This document shows positions 10,424 through 21,226 of a DNA stretch of 64,000 bases, piece after piece. A model generated the notes under the pieces. That model was not told the origin of the DNA, did not search any database, and saw only the letters and a program-made list of their open reading frames with translations. How positions within the stretch are numbered: position 1 is the stretch's first letter; each line of letters starts with the position of its first letter. Location of the stretch: assembly GCA_965219385.1 (NCBI GenBank), contig CBDCNM010000002.1, positions 4,226,305 through 4,290,304 on the forward strand, in the 5' to 3' direction. This DNA is from Candidatus Latescibacterota bacterium. Lineage in GTDB: Bacteria; Latescibacterota; UBA2968; UBA8231. The position numbers and the translations under genes are program-made.

Positions 10424-11476
10424 CTAGCACTCCCCCACCACCAGCGAGTCAAAGCGCACCTCGTCCCACTCGGCCCCCCAACCGGGGCCATCCGGCGGCT
10501 TCAGGTGCCCGTCCTCTATCAACGGCGCGTTCAGCAGGCCCCACTCCTCGCCCTGCTTGCGCAGGTCGTCCGGCTCCGGGGAGAAAGCTTCGAAGTAATC
10601 CGTGTTGTCGATGCAGCATCCCAGGTGGGCGTGGATCAGTCCGTACAGACCGGCGATATAATTGAGTTCCACGTTGGCGCTGTGCAGCTCGGCAAAGTGC
10701 GCCAGCTTCAACACCTGGGTCGTGCCGTTGCGCGCGTTGGCCCGCAACCGGTCCGTGGCCCGTTGAATCAGCCACTGGGCCGACAGGTACATGTCGTGCA
10801 TCAGGGTTTCCGTGGCCATCACCGGGATGACTAGTTCCCGGCACAACTCCTGGTAGAGGTCCATCTTCTGCTCGTGCATGGGCTCTTCCAACCACAGGAA
10901 ATCCAGCTCCTCCAGCACCCGCCCCACCGTGATGGCATCCCGCAGGGTGTACCAGCACACCGGATCGTGCATCAAGGCATAGTCCGGCCCCACGGCCTGG
11001 CGCACCGCCGTGAGGATGGGGATGTCCTCCTTGCCCGTCCGGTAGGAGTGAAACTTGTAGGCCTGGATCCCCGACAATTCGCGCGCCTGGTCGATGTCCT
11101 CCAGATAACCTTCCAGCTCTCTGCGTCCCCGGGTCAGGTACGCGGGAAAGCGCTCCCGCACCCGGCCGATCAGGGCGTAGACCGGTAGCCCGGCCGCCTT
11201 GCCGGCGATGTCCCACAGGCAGTTGTCAAATCCCCCGGACCATCCCCGGCGCAGGTGGCGGGTGAGGTAGAGCGTCTGAAAGAGCCGTTCCCGCTCCAGG
11301 GGGTCTGCGCCCAGGACCACCGGGCGCAGCTTCTCGACCTCGGCCGCTGTCATGGTGGTGGCGCACCGGCCCTCGATGCCCCCATCGGTTCTTACCTGAA
11401 TGAACTGGTTCCGACGCGGTTCGCCCTCGGACTGAGGGATCTCGAGTTCGAGGAGTTTCACCGATTCGATTTTCAT
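10424..11476 (-). CDS. Mandelate racemase/muconate lactonising enzyme (enolase superfamily)
   Basis: WDIAGKAAGLPVYALIG, YKFH, LMHD, WLEEP, ATE. Confidence 0.88.
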   Translation of the reverse strand: MKIESVKLLELEIPQSEGEPRRNQFIQVRTDGGIEGRCATTMTAAEVEKLRPVVLGADPLERERLFQTLYLTRHLRRGWSGGFDNCLWDIAGKAAGLPVYALIGRVRERFPAYLTRGRRELEGYLEDIDQARELSGIQAYKFHSYRTGKEDIPILTAVRQAVGPDYALMHDPVCWYTLRDAITVGRVLEELDFLWLEEPMHEQKMDLYQELCRELVIPVMATETLMHDMYLSAQWLIQRATDRLRANARNGTTQVLKLAHFAELHSANVELNYIAGLYGLIHAHLGCCIDNTDYFEAFSPEPDDLRKQGEEWGLLNAPLIEDGHLKPPDGPGWGAEWDEVRFDSLVVGEC

Positions 11477-11687
11477 CCTTGTTCGCCCTCCTTTTCGGTT
11501 ATTGGGGTGTAATCATAAGCACGTTCTCTAACCGCGTCAATCGGGATTCTTCTCTGGGTGGCAATCCTTGGCGGATTGTGTTTCGCCCTCCTGGCGCCAG
11601 GCTGTTCGAGCTTGACAGTGCATATTCACCAGGTAATATTATGATCTCTGTATTCCCCCCCAAGCAAAGGTAAGAGGAGAGGATCTC

Positions 11688-12599
11688 ATGCGTCATTTTA
11701 AGCGCACCCCCTGTTACAGCGGACCGGATGATCCCGAGATCGGCGCGGTGCGGGGCACCCTCGAACTGGGCGAAACCGCGATCATCGAAACCATAGGTGG
11801 CTCGGACCACGACTATGAAGCGGCCGGCGAAACCAGGGCGGGCATGATCACTTCCGCTGCCAGCCATCCCCGGTATTCCCGTCCCGGCGGCCCCTTCCTG
11901 ATCGAGGGCATCCAAGCGGACGACTGGGTGGCCATCGAAATCATCGCCATGGAGGTGGGGCCCTACGGCTTCTACCGCAATGGCGGCCCCCACTGGGGCA
12001 ACTGGCGCTGCGTAGCGCCGGTCCGCGATGGGCTGATCCACTTTCCCCCGGACTTTGTGGTACCGGTGCGGCCGATGATCGGCGTCATCCAGCTCGGTTC
12101 GGTGGCGCCCAGTAAGATCGACCACGGCGGCAACATGGACTTCAATGCCGTCCAGCCCGGCAGCACCATACACATCCGCGCCCAGAAGCCGGGCGGTTAT
12201 CTCTCCCTGGGCGATGTCCACGCCCGCATGGGAGATGGAGAGTTGACCGGCGCGGGAGTCGAGATCGATGCAGCCGTCACCCTCAAGGTGGATCGCTCGC
12301 CCGGGTTTCCCACCAGCAGCCCTGTGGTGGAGACGACCGGAGTGGTGGAAAGCCCCGAAGAGTACCTCACCAGCGCCCGGGCGGACAGTTGGGCGGAAGC
12401 GCTCAAGTCGGCCTGGACCGAAATGGTGGCTCTGATCATCGACCGCTACGATACGACTTTCGAGTACGCCAATATGATCGTCGGCACCATCGCGGATGCA
12501 CGTCCCGGATTTGCCACCGGGTACATGGGCGGCTACCTGACCTGTCAGCTGGCCATAACCAAAGAATTGCGCCGCACCGGGCAGCCCTACCAACCCTAG
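11688..12599 (+). CDS. Acetamidase/formamidase family protein
   Basis: GPFLIEG, PMIGVI, HGGNMD, LSLGDVHARMGDGE; upstream TTGACA (11612) and GAGGAGAGG RBS. Confidence 0.88.
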   Translation: MRHFKRTPCYSGPDDPEIGAVRGTLELGETAIIETIGGSDHDYEAAGETRAGMITSAASHPRYSRPGGPFLIEGIQADDWVAIEIIAMEVGPYGFYRNGGPHWGNWRCVAPVRDGLIHFPPDFVVPVRPMIGVIQLGSVAPSKIDHGGNMDFNAVQPGSTIHIRAQKPGGYLSLGDVHARMGDGELTGAGVEIDAAVTLKVDRSPGFPTSSPVVETTGVVESPEEYLTSARADSWAEALKSAWTEMVALIIDRYDTTFEYANMIVGTIADARPGFATGYMGGYLTCQLAITKELRRTGQPYQP

Positions 12600-12723
12600 C
12601 GGCTACCGTTATCGTGGTCGCAATATTCCGCTTCTTGTTTTTTCCTTCAAAAAGTATGATTGGGAAACAATCCGGCCGACTGCCCAACCCCGAGAGGGAA
12701 TTGTCATCGCAAAGCCGCATAAA

Positions 12724-13812
12724 GTGATTCTAGTGGTGAGTGCGCGTCCTAATTTCGTGAAGGTGGCGCCGATCCTGGCGCTGATGGCGCAACGCTCTGA
12801 AGAATTCGCCCCGGTGCTCGTACATACGGGCCAACACTACGACACACGGTTGTCCGGCGTATTCTTTGAGGACCTGGACTTGCCCAAACCCGCCCATTAC
12901 CTGGCGGTGGGGTCGGGATCGCACGCGGAAATGACGGGCAAGGTCATGATGGCCTTTGAGCCGGTGCTGACCGACGAGCAGGCCGATCTGGTCGTGGTGG
13001 TGGGTGACGTAAACCCGACCCTGGCGTGTGCTTTGGACGCAGCCAAGCTACACATTCCAGTGGCACACGTGGAGGCCGGCCTGCGAAGTCGCGATCGCAG
13101 GATGCCCGAAGAAATAAACCGCGTACTGACGGACGCAGTGGCGGATTTTCTGTTGACGCCGTCGCGCGACGCGAATGCGAATCTGCGCGCCGAGGGCATC
13201 CCCCAGGAGAAGATTTTTTTTGTAGGGAACGTGATGGTGGACTCGCTGCGCCGAGCGGAGGAGGCGCTTGACCAATCGACGATCCTTGCCGCCAACAGCG
13301 TGGAGGTGGGCGGATTCGCGTATGCGACGATGCACCGCGATTTTAACGTAGACACCCCAGAATTCCTGGGGCGCGGGCTCGACGTGATTGAGCGCGTCCA
13401 GAAGAGGCTTCCCGTCCTTTTCGCTGTACATCCCCGGACCAAGGACCGGATCAAGCGGTTCGAATTCGGGGACCGTCTGGCCGCGATGCCGAACCTGAAG
13501 TGTCTGGATCCCGTAAGTTACGTCGACTCGCTGCGTCTCCAGCGGGACGCGGCGCTGGTGCTGACGGACTCGGCGGGGCTGCAGGAAGAGTCGACTATTT
13601 TCCAAACACCGTGCCTGACGATGCGACCGAACACTGAACGACCGGTGACGGTGGAAGAAGGCTCGGCGACGATCGTGGATCTGGATGCGGACCTCGCGGC
13701 GGCAAGGACCGATGAGGTGCTGGCCGGACGATACAAGACAGGGAGAATTCCGGAGAGATGGGACGGACACGCGTCGGGTCGAATCGTGGATCTGCTGGCC
13801 GCACGACTCTAG
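12724..13812 (+). CDS. wecB: UDP-N-acetylglucosamine 2-epimerase (non-hydrolysing); start uncertain
   Basis: ARPNFVK, VHTGQHYD, VGDVN, HVEAGLRS, PEEINR, TDSAGLQEE, TERP. Confidence 0.92.
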   Translation: MILVVSARPNFVKVAPILALMAQRSEEFAPVLVHTGQHYDTRLSGVFFEDLDLPKPAHYLAVGSGSHAEMTGKVMMAFEPVLTDEQADLVVVVGDVNPTLACALDAAKLHIPVAHVEAGLRSRDRRMPEEINRVLTDAVADFLLTPSRDANANLRAEGIPQEKIFFVGNVMVDSLRRAEEALDQSTILAANSVEVGGFAYATMHRDFNVDTPEFLGRGLDVIERVQKRLPVLFAVHPRTKDRIKRFEFGDRLAAMPNLKCLDPVSYVDSLRLQRDAALVLTDSAGLQEESTIFQTPCLTMRPNTERPVTVEEGSATIVDLDADLAAARTDEVLAGRYKTGRIPERWDGHASGRIVDLLAARL

Positions 13813-13821
13813 TTTATTGCC

Positions 13822-14919
13822 TCAACCCACCCTGATGCGCAGCCAGCGGATGTTGTGAATGCAGTCCTCCCGGCACCAGAAGGCCGCCAGGACATCGCCG
13901 TCCGGCAGGTGCAACAGGGTGGGAAAACCAAAATGCAGAGCAGCCAGCTCGGTCGCCGCGTCGGTTTCCCCCAACATCCGGGAATCCGACCCCTGCCACA
14001 TCGGCCCCTCTTCCAGGTTCATCCATGCATCGCCCTGAATCCGGGCCAGGACTGCCCACAGCCCCGCTTCGTTGGTCCGCCGCATGAGACACAGCACCCG
14101 ACCGTCGCCCAGGCTCAACAGCTTGGTGGTCTCCCCCGGAATACCGGTCGAGCCACGCGCGGTGACCTCTCCGCCGGTGGCGATTGCGTAGGGCACCTGC
14201 ATCAAGGTTTTGCCTTCAACGGCATTGAAGGGCCAGGCCACCGACAGAAAGCGCCCGTCGGGCAGTTCCACAAGGCTGACTTCGTGAAAGATCACTTCCT
14301 GGTCCGGGTCTTCGAAGAGTTCGAGATTCTCGGACCAGGTCCTGCCCTGGTCGTGCGAGACCAGCGCCAAGGTCTTGAGGCCGTGCGGGGCCCCTCCTTC
14401 CCAGGTGCGCAACAGCCCGGTCGGCAAAAGCCAGCGACCATCGCTGGACTCGAAGATGGCGTGGCACATCTCGTAGGGCTGATCGGCAATCAGCGGCTCG
14501 AAGTCCTCCGGGTCGGTCCAGCCGGCGCCGTCCTCGCTCCTCATCACAAACCACGCACCCTGCTCCACCCCGTAGGTCTCGGGATTCCACCCGGCGGTTT
14601 CGGGGTGATGGTTGTAGCGCCGGTGGCCGGCGCCCGCCAGGGTGCCATCGGCAAGCCGGCTGATGCGCACGATGCGAGTGACGAGGAGGTCGCCGGCATC
14701 CTCGAAGAAGCGCACGGGGTCGCTCCAGGTTAGACCTCCGTCCGTGGAGCGCGAACAGTAGGTACCGTAATCCATAGAGCTGATGGCCTCTGCCAGGTCG
14801 AAGGCGGCCAACAGGTCCCCGTTGTCGAGCAAGGCCAGGGTCGGGTGCCAGGCGTGGATCGATTTCAAGAATGGTTTGGGGTTGCGGTAGATCAGTCCGG
14901 TGTCGATCAACTCGAGCAT
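13822..14919 (-). CDS. BNR/Asp-box sialidase-family protein
   Basis: STDGGLTW, SEDGAGW, SHDQGRTW. Confidence 0.8.
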   Translation of the reverse strand: MLELIDTGLIYRNPKPFLKSIHAWHPTLALLDNGDLLAAFDLAEAISSMDYGTYCSRSTDGGLTWSDPVRFFEDAGDLLVTRIVRISRLADGTLAGAGHRRYNHHPETAGWNPETYGVEQGAWFVMRSEDGAGWTDPEDFEPLIADQPYEMCHAIFESSDGRWLLPTGLLRTWEGGAPHGLKTLALVSHDQGRTWSENLELFEDPDQEVIFHEVSLVELPDGRFLSVAWPFNAVEGKTLMQVPYAIATGGEVTARGSTGIPGETTKLLSLGDGRVLCLMRRTNEAGLWAVLARIQGDAWMNLEEGPMWQGSDSRMLGETDAATELAALHFGFPTLLHLPDGDVLAAFWCREDCIHNIRWLRIRVG

Positions 14920-14979
14920 GCTCTTACCTCGACCTCGACGACTTTCAGCACGGCTGCGTTCCTCCTTTTAGAAGGCTTC

Positions 14980-15846
14980 TTAAACCAATTCCCTGACGCC
15001 GACGGCTTCTTCCAGTTCGTCCACGCTGGCAAAGGCCACCAGGATGCAGTGCACGGCCTTGTTGCCCAGGACCCATGAGACGGCGCGCTCGGTCCGCGGA
15101 ATGACTTCCCCCGGCTCGGCCAGTTCGTGCCAGGGCCCCGAGACAATGGGGTAGGCCAGACCCATATCCTTGCGAATCCCTTCCCCCTGGGGCGAAAGTT
15201 CTTCGACCATGGCCTCGGTGGCCGTGCTCCAATCCGTGCGCCCCTTGTCCTCCCAGCTCAACCACTGGCCGCCCAGCGCCTTCATGATCAGCACGCCCTT
15301 TCCGGCCGCGGCCGACTGCTCGAGGCCCGGTTCCTGCCAGCGATACACATAATTGTAGATCACCAGGTCCGCGTCGGTCTCGGGCTCGGGGCCGCGCTCG
15401 ACATAGGCCTCCTGGTCCGCACGCATGTGCCGGATGGTGCACAAAGACCGCACCTTGCCCGCCTCTTTGAGTTGATGGATCCGCTCGGCCAGGGCCTTGT
15501 CCTGGACATAGCCGTAGTGGTAGACCCGGAGGATGTCGATGGCGTCCCGACGCAGATTCGCCAGGTGCTTGTCTACTATGCCCTCCAGATCCTCGGCCGC
15601 GGGAGCCCCTACCTTCAGGGAAAAGTGGCGATTCTCGTCAGGGCCCTTCAATTCGTCCGGTATGTGGACCTCGTCTCCATAACCCATGTCGAACAGATTG
15701 ATCCCCAGCTCGTCCGCCCGCAAATAGATCCGTCGCTTCTCCTCGGGCGGCGGATGGCCGTTGATCCCCTCGTAGTGGGCCAGCAGCCCTCCCAGTCCCA
15801 GGGCGCTCAACACCATATCCGTTTGTCCGAACTTGCGGTATTCCAT
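14980..15846 (-). CDS. Aldo/keto reductase family protein (divergent)
   Basis: MEYRKFGQTDMVLSALGLG, GINLFD, LANLRRDAIDIL, LKEAGKVRSL, MKALGG. Confidence 0.75.
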   Translation of the reverse strand: MEYRKFGQTDMVLSALGLGGLLAHYEGINGHPPPEEKRRIYLRADELGINLFDMGYGDEVHIPDELKGPDENRHFSLKVGAPAAEDLEGIVDKHLANLRRDAIDILRVYHYGYVQDKALAERIHQLKEAGKVRSLCTIRHMRADQEAYVERGPEPETDADLVIYNYVYRWQEPGLEQSAAAGKGVLIMKALGGQWLSWEDKGRTDWSTATEAMVEELSPQGEGIRKDMGLAYPIVSGPWHELAEPGEVIPRTERAVSWVLGNKAVHCILVAFASVDELEEAVGVRELV

Positions 15847-15912
15847 AAAGAAATCCTCCTCGATTTCAAACAGTCAATATAAACCCGGGACCGACTCGAC
15901 GCCCGCAAAAAA

Positions 15913-17607
15913 CTACCGTCTCAGTGCCGCGGTGGACTCTTCGTCCACCTCCCAGTGTTCCGTATCGACGACTACCCCGTAGACCGCCCGCGCCGCCTCG
16001 ACCGATACCAGCCCCTGGCGCACGTCCTCCAGCACCCGCACTGGATCCCGCTCGTGCGGGGAATAAAAACCACCTCCCCCTGGCAACCTCAAGGTCACCC
16101 TCTGTCCGGGCTGGAGCAGGTACTTGGACTTGGGGTGGAGCCGGGTGCCGTCTTCCAGGAACAACTCGCCCGTGGCCCCGTCCTGCCCCCCCAAAAACCC
16201 CCGGGCCGGGTGCTGGGTCCGGTCGTACATACACGAGTGCAGGGCCGGCCCCTCACTGCGCACCTCCAGCACCATTTCCTGCCCCAGCCCGCCGCGAAAC
16301 TTGCCGGCCCCACCCGAGTCGGGCCGCAGTTCCCGCTTGTGCATCAGCACCGGGGAGACCGCCTCGATGGCCTCGGCCGGTACCCCCCTTATGCCGCTGG
16401 GAAAGGCCGTGGCCGAAAGCCCGTCGGCGCTGGGGCGGGCCCCCATGCCCCCGGCGGAAAAAAAGATGTAAGCAAAAACCCGTCCGTCCCGGTCGCGGCC
16501 CTCGACCTGGGTATTCCACAGCCCGGCCGAACCGTCTGCGAGCACCTGTGCCGGCAGGGCCTGGGCCAGGGCCCCGAAGATGGCCTGGGAAAGAAAGTGG
16601 CCGATCAGGTGCCGGGCCCCCACCGCACAGGGGTAGAGGCAGTTGAGGATGGAACCCTCCGGCGCCTTTACCGCAACCGGACGGAAGCTGCCCTCGTTGT
16701 TGGGCACGGTCGGACTGATGGCGCACTTGAGCGGGTAGGTGGTATAGGCGTGGGTGTAGTTGAAGACCACGTTGATGCCCCGGTCCACCTGGGGCGAACT
16801 CCCCTCGTAGTCCACGATCAGATCCCGATCCCGCACCTCCACGGCAATGCGGATCTTCAGGGGATGGTCAAAGCCGTCGATCCCTACCTCGTCCCGGTAC
16901 ACCCCGTCGGGAATCTGGGCGATGGCATCCCGCATGGCCTCTTCCGAACGCGAAAGGATGAGGCCCGCCAGATGACGCAGATCCTCCAGGCCGTAATCCT
17001 CCAGCATTTCCATTAGTTTTACCGCCCCCACGTCGTTGCCGGCCTGCTGGGCGTAGAGATCTCCGACCACCTGGTCTGGTTCGCGCACATTGGCCCGGAC
17101 GATCTGGATCAGGTCCTGGTTGATCCGGTGCCGGCGGAACAGCTTCATGATCGGGATGTGGAGACCCTCCTCGAAGACCTCGCGGGCATCCGCCCCCAGG
17201 GTCTGCCCGCCGATATCCATGGCGTGGCAGGTATTGGCGAACCAGCCGATACCGCGCCCCTGGTAAAACACCGGGGTCACCACGGTGATGTCGTGCAAGT
17301 GTCCAGACGAGATCCACGGGTTGTTGGTCAGCAGGCTGTCGCCAGGCTCCAGGGTCTCGATCGGAAAGGCGGATACAAAGTCCCGCACGCAGTTGGCCAT
17401 GGTGTTGATGTGGCCCGGCGTCCCGGTCACGGCCTGGGCCAGCATATGGCCCTGGGTGTCGAAGATCCCGGCCGAAAGATCCCCGGCCTCCCGCACCACC
17501 GTGGTAAAGGAGGCGTGCATCAGCGCCGCGGCCTGCTCGTTGACGATCGAGATCAGGCGATTCCACAACACCTCCATTAGAACCGGATCGATCTTTGTAT
17601 CACTCAT
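15913..17607 (-). CDS. Hydantoinase B/5-oxoprolinase subunit B
   Basis: VVREAGDLS, NNPW..SGHLHD, HAMDIGG, DSGGAGKFRGG, PGGGGF. Confidence 0.92.
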   Translation of the reverse strand: MSDTKIDPVLMEVLWNRLISIVNEQAAALMHASFTTVVREAGDLSAGIFDTQGHMLAQAVTGTPGHINTMANCVRDFVSAFPIETLEPGDSLLTNNPWISSGHLHDITVVTPVFYQGRGIGWFANTCHAMDIGGQTLGADAREVFEEGLHIPIMKLFRRHRINQDLIQIVRANVREPDQVVGDLYAQQAGNDVGAVKLMEMLEDYGLEDLRHLAGLILSRSEEAMRDAIAQIPDGVYRDEVGIDGFDHPLKIRIAVEVRDRDLIVDYEGSSPQVDRGINVVFNYTHAYTTYPLKCAISPTVPNNEGSFRPVAVKAPEGSILNCLYPCAVGARHLIGHFLSQAIFGALAQALPAQVLADGSAGLWNTQVEGRDRDGRVFAYIFFSAGGMGARPSADGLSATAFPSGIRGVPAEAIEAVSPVLMHKRELRPDSGGAGKFRGGLGQEMVLEVRSEGPALHSCMYDRTQHPARGFLGGQDGATGELFLEDGTRLHPKSKYLLQPGQRVTLRLPGGGGFYSPHERDPVRVLEDVRQGLVSVEAARAVYGVVVDTEHWEVDEESTAALRR

Positions 17608-17812
17608 AGAAAATCACTTGCTTTTTCCGGCTGCGCCACTTCGCCCCGCTCCAGAATGCCACGCCCGGTCTCATTGTTGAATTTCCCGTCTTTTCGTGGA
17701 AATAAGTTATTCGAAGCTACGCCGAAGTTTTTCCCCGTCAAGGGTCCGGCGTCATTGCCGGCAGCTCCGTATAGGCTCTTACTCTGATCTTGGGAAGGGG
17801 TTCAACCCCCCC

Positions 17813-19912
17813 TCACCCGGACCGCTCCAGGATCAGCGCCGCGGCTGGCCCTGCCCGGCAGGACCAGCCCGGCCTTACCACCGTAGTGGATTCGGCTTCC
17901 TCTATTATCGCCGGTCCATCTGTCTTAAAATCCTCTTTCAAGCCATAGCGGTCGTAGACCGCAACCTGGCGGAATCCAGCATCAGAGTCGAAAAGCACGG
18001 GACGGGCTCCTTTGAAGCCATCCGTGGTTCCCCCGGTAGTTTCCTGCCGGGTCCGCACCTGTCCGGGCTCTGGTCGGGGGCCAGTGATGGTCACCCGCCA
18101 GTGGACCGATTCCACCTCCACCCCCTTGCAGAGCCTGCCGTAGAGCCTTTGGTACTCCTGATCGAAGGCCTCCTGGAGCCGGGTCAAGGCCCCCTCATCC
18201 AGCCGGCCGTCCTGCACCACCACCCGGATTTCGTGGCCCTGCCCCACATAGCGCATATCCGCGGTGCGCAAGACCTGGATTTCGCCTTCTTCCACCCCGG
18301 CCGCGGCGACGATCCGTCGCCCCTCCTGCTCCATTTCCTCCACCAGCCCGCTCAGGTCCTGTGCTTTCAAGTCTTGCAGCCGCACCACGTAGGTGCGCAC
18401 GAAGTCGAAGGAAATCGGAGCCAGAATCAGCCCGAAGGCCGAGCCCACCCCGGCTGCGGCCGGCACCACCACGGCATCGAGCCCCAGACGCTGTGCCAGA
18501 CCGCAGGCGTGTACCGGTCCCGCGCCCCCGGTGGCTACCAGGGTATAGCCCCGTATGTCCAGGCCGCGCTCGGCCGCATGCACCCGCGCGGCATTGGCCA
18601 TGTTCTCGTCGACCAGCTGGTGAATCCCCCAGGCCGCTTGCTCCACGTCCATGTCGAGGGCCTGCCCCAGGCTTTCGATGGCCGCCCGCGCCGCGGCCCT
18701 GTCCAGGGTCATCTCCCCGCCCAGGAAGTAATCCGGATTCAACAAACCCAGCACCAGATCCGCATCGGTCACGGTAGGCTGCTCGCCCCCCAACCCATAG
18801 CAGGCTGGGCCCGGTTCCACCCCGGCGCTTTCGGGGCCCACGGTCGGCAGACCCATTTCGTTCAAGTCCGCGATGCTCCCGCCCCCGGCGCCGATCTCGA
18901 TCATGTCCATCACCGGCACCAGCAAAGGCAACCCGCTGCCCCGCTTGAAGCGGTAGACCCGGGCTACTTCCGACTCGGATGCAAGCGGAAACCGGCCCTC
19001 TGTGCTCAAGATGGCCTTGGCCGTGGTCCCTCCCATATCAAAGGCCAGGACCTCCTCCCGCCCGGCCAGCCCCCCCCAGTAGGCCGCGGCCAGGGCCCCG
19101 CCACACGGTCCCGACTCCACCAGCCGCACCGGAAACTCCGCGGCGGTTTCCACCGAGCACGAGCCGCCATTGGACAGCATGATGTGCAGCGGCGCCTGCA
19201 CCCCGCCGTCTTTCAACCCCCCATCCAGTCCCTGCAGATAGCGGTTGGCCAGGGGCTGTACATAGGCATTGGCCACGGTCGTGGAGGTGCGCTCGTACTC
19301 GCGAAACTCCGGCGCCACCCGGTGGGAAACCGACACCGCGACCCCGGGCATTTCTTCCCGGATCATCTCGACCGCCCGCTGCTCGTGAGCCGGGTTGACG
19401 TACCCATGCAGAAACACGATGGCCACCGCCTCCACCCCTTCGGCCCGCAAATACTCACACTCCGCCCTCAACCCCTCCTCGTCCAGAGGAGTCAACACCT
19501 CCCCCCGGACATCCAGCCTTTCCTCCACCTCCCGCCTGAGCCGGCGTTCCACCAGCGGCTGCGGCCGTTCCAAAAAAAGATCGTAGATATCGTAACGCCC
19601 CTCGCATCCAATCTCCAGCGCGTCGCGGAATCCGGCGGTGGTGATCAGGCCGGTGCACCCGCCCTTGCGCTCGATCAGGGCATTGGTCACCAGAGTGGTG
19701 CCGTGAATCGCCCGGCCCACCTGCCCGGGGTCTACATCCCATTGTCCCAACAGGCGCTCCACCCCCTCCAGCACGGCTGCGGATGGATCCGGGTAGGTGG
19801 TGAGAATCTTGGCGGCCATCATCCCGCCGGAACTCAAATCCAGCAGGACCAGGTCGGTAAAGGTCCCCCCTATATCTATTGCGAGAACAAATCTGTTTGC
19901 GGATTCGGCCAA
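17813..19912 (-). CDS. Hydantoinase A/5-oxoprolinase subunit A (ATP-binding)
   Basis: IDIGGTFTD, HGTTLVTNAL, EYERTSTT, DMGGTT, IGAGGGSI, PGPACYG. Confidence 0.92.
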   Translation of the reverse strand: MAESANRFVLAIDIGGTFTDLVLLDLSSGGMMAAKILTTYPDPSAAVLEGVERLLGQWDVDPGQVGRAIHGTTLVTNALIERKGGCTGLITTAGFRDALEIGCEGRYDIYDLFLERPQPLVERRLRREVEERLDVRGEVLTPLDEEGLRAECEYLRAEGVEAVAIVFLHGYVNPAHEQRAVEMIREEMPGVAVSVSHRVAPEFREYERTSTTVANAYVQPLANRYLQGLDGGLKDGGVQAPLHIMLSNGGSCSVETAAEFPVRLVESGPCGGALAAAYWGGLAGREEVLAFDMGGTTAKAILSTEGRFPLASESEVARVYRFKRGSGLPLLVPVMDMIEIGAGGGSIADLNEMGLPTVGPESAGVEPGPACYGLGGEQPTVTDADLVLGLLNPDYFLGGEMTLDRAAARAAIESLGQALDMDVEQAAWGIHQLVDENMANAARVHAAERGLDIRGYTLVATGGAGPVHACGLAQRLGLDAVVVPAAAGVGSAFGLILAPISFDFVRTYVVRLQDLKAQDLSGLVEEMEQEGRRIVAAAGVEEGEIQVLRTADMRYVGQGHEIRVVVQDGRLDEGALTRLQEAFDQEYQRLYGRLCKGVEVESVHWRVTITGPRPEPGQVRTRQETTGGTTDGFKGARPVLFDSDAGFRQVAVYDRYGLKEDFKTDGPAIIEEAESTTVVRPGWSCRAGPAAALILERSG

Positions 19913-20037
19913 TTTCCTTGCCTCCTGGGCGCAGGTCTCATAAATGATAAAAGGGAGTTGAGTTGCAGAGCAAGCTTTGTAGGCATTAATTACTGTGGTG
20001 GACGAAATCGTGTCAATCGGCAGATGAGGAGAACAAT

Positions 20038-21213
20038 ATGATTCGACTCGGCGTAGCAGGATACGGCGGCCGCATCCACGGCCTGATCAACTCCGTCTTC
20101 CGCCAGGTAGAACCAGATCTGCGAGTAGTCGCCATCATCGATCCCGATCAGACCGGAGTGCGCCAGCGCCTGGCCGAATGCGATCAGCAGGATGTTGTCT
20201 TCCACAAAGACCTGGACACCATGGTGCGCCAGGCCAACCTGGATGCCCTGGCCATAGGCACCCGCTGCAACCTCCACACCCCCTACGCCATCAAGGCCGC
20301 CAAATACGACCTGCCCCTCTACCTGGAAAAGCCGGTCGCCATCTCCATGCGCCAGGCCACGGCCCTCGAACGCGCCTTTAGCAAAACCCGCTGCCAGGTG
20401 GTGGTGAGCTTTCCCCTGCGGGTTTCGCCGCTGTGTATTCTGGCGCGGGATTATATCGAGCAGGGCGCCATAGGATCTCCAGTGCACATCGCCGCAACCA
20501 ACTACGTTCCCTACGGCACGGCATACTGGGAGGCGGAGTACCGCAACTTCGAGATCACCCAGGGTCTTTTCCTGCAGAAGGCCACCCACGATTTCGACTA
20601 CATGGCCTATCTCATGGGCTCCTCCATCGTGCGGGTTGCGGCCATGGCCACCTGGGACCAGGTCTTTGGCGGCGACCGGGCCGCCGGCCTGGTCTGCTCG
20701 CAGTGCCAGGAACAGGAGACCTGCCTCGAAAGCCCCCGGAACCGCCGGCGCAACCAGACCTCCGGCTCCCACGAAGACCATCCCTGCGTCTACAGCGTGG
20801 ACTGTGGCTCCCCCGAAACCGGGCGCAACGAAGACTGCTCCAGCGCCCTGGTTGAATTTGCCTCCGGGGCCCACGGAGTCTACACCCAAGTCTTCTACGC
20901 CCGCCGCGACGCCGCCGCGCGCGGGGCCATCTTGAGCGGCTACCAGGGAACGGTCAGCTTCGACTGGTACACCAACCAGCTCCGCCGCATCCGCCACCAC
21001 GCCCCCTTCAGCGCCACCGAAGGCGCCACCGAAGGCGCCAGCCACTTTGGCGGCGACCTGGAACTGGCCCACGACTTCATCGGCGTCATCCGCGCTACAA
21101 CCACCTCCCGCACGCCCATCGAGGCCGGCCTCCAGAGCGTGTACGCCTGCCTAGCCGCCAAGGAATCGGCCGAGAAAGGCCGCTTTGTCAAGGTGCGCCA
21201 GGTAGGCTTCTAA
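20038..21213 (+). CDS. Gfo/Idh/MocA-family oxidoreductase
   Basis: GVAGYGGR, YLEKPVA, KATHDFD; Cys-rich insert CSQC...C. Confidence 0.88.
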   Translation: MIRLGVAGYGGRIHGLINSVFRQVEPDLRVVAIIDPDQTGVRQRLAECDQQDVVFHKDLDTMVRQANLDALAIGTRCNLHTPYAIKAAKYDLPLYLEKPVAISMRQATALERAFSKTRCQVVVSFPLRVSPLCILARDYIEQGAIGSPVHIAATNYVPYGTAYWEAEYRNFEITQGLFLQKATHDFDYMAYLMGSSIVRVAAMATWDQVFGGDRAAGLVCSQCQEQETCLESPRNRRRNQTSGSHEDHPCVYSVDCGSPETGRNEDCSSALVEFASGAHGVYTQVFYARRDAAARGAILSGYQGTVSFDWYTNQLRRIRHHAPFSATEGATEGASHFGGDLELAHDFIGVIRATTTSRTPIEAGLQSVYACLAAKESAEKGRFVKVRQVGF

Positions 21214-21226
21214 GAGGAGAAATCAC

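Noticed and set aside
17696..20041. 781-aa plus-strand ORF and many similar long antisense ORFs (e.g. 40993-42537, 44231-45871, 54843-56393)
   Set aside because: Shadow frames of well-supported genes on the opposite strand in GC-rich DNA; no recognisable motifs
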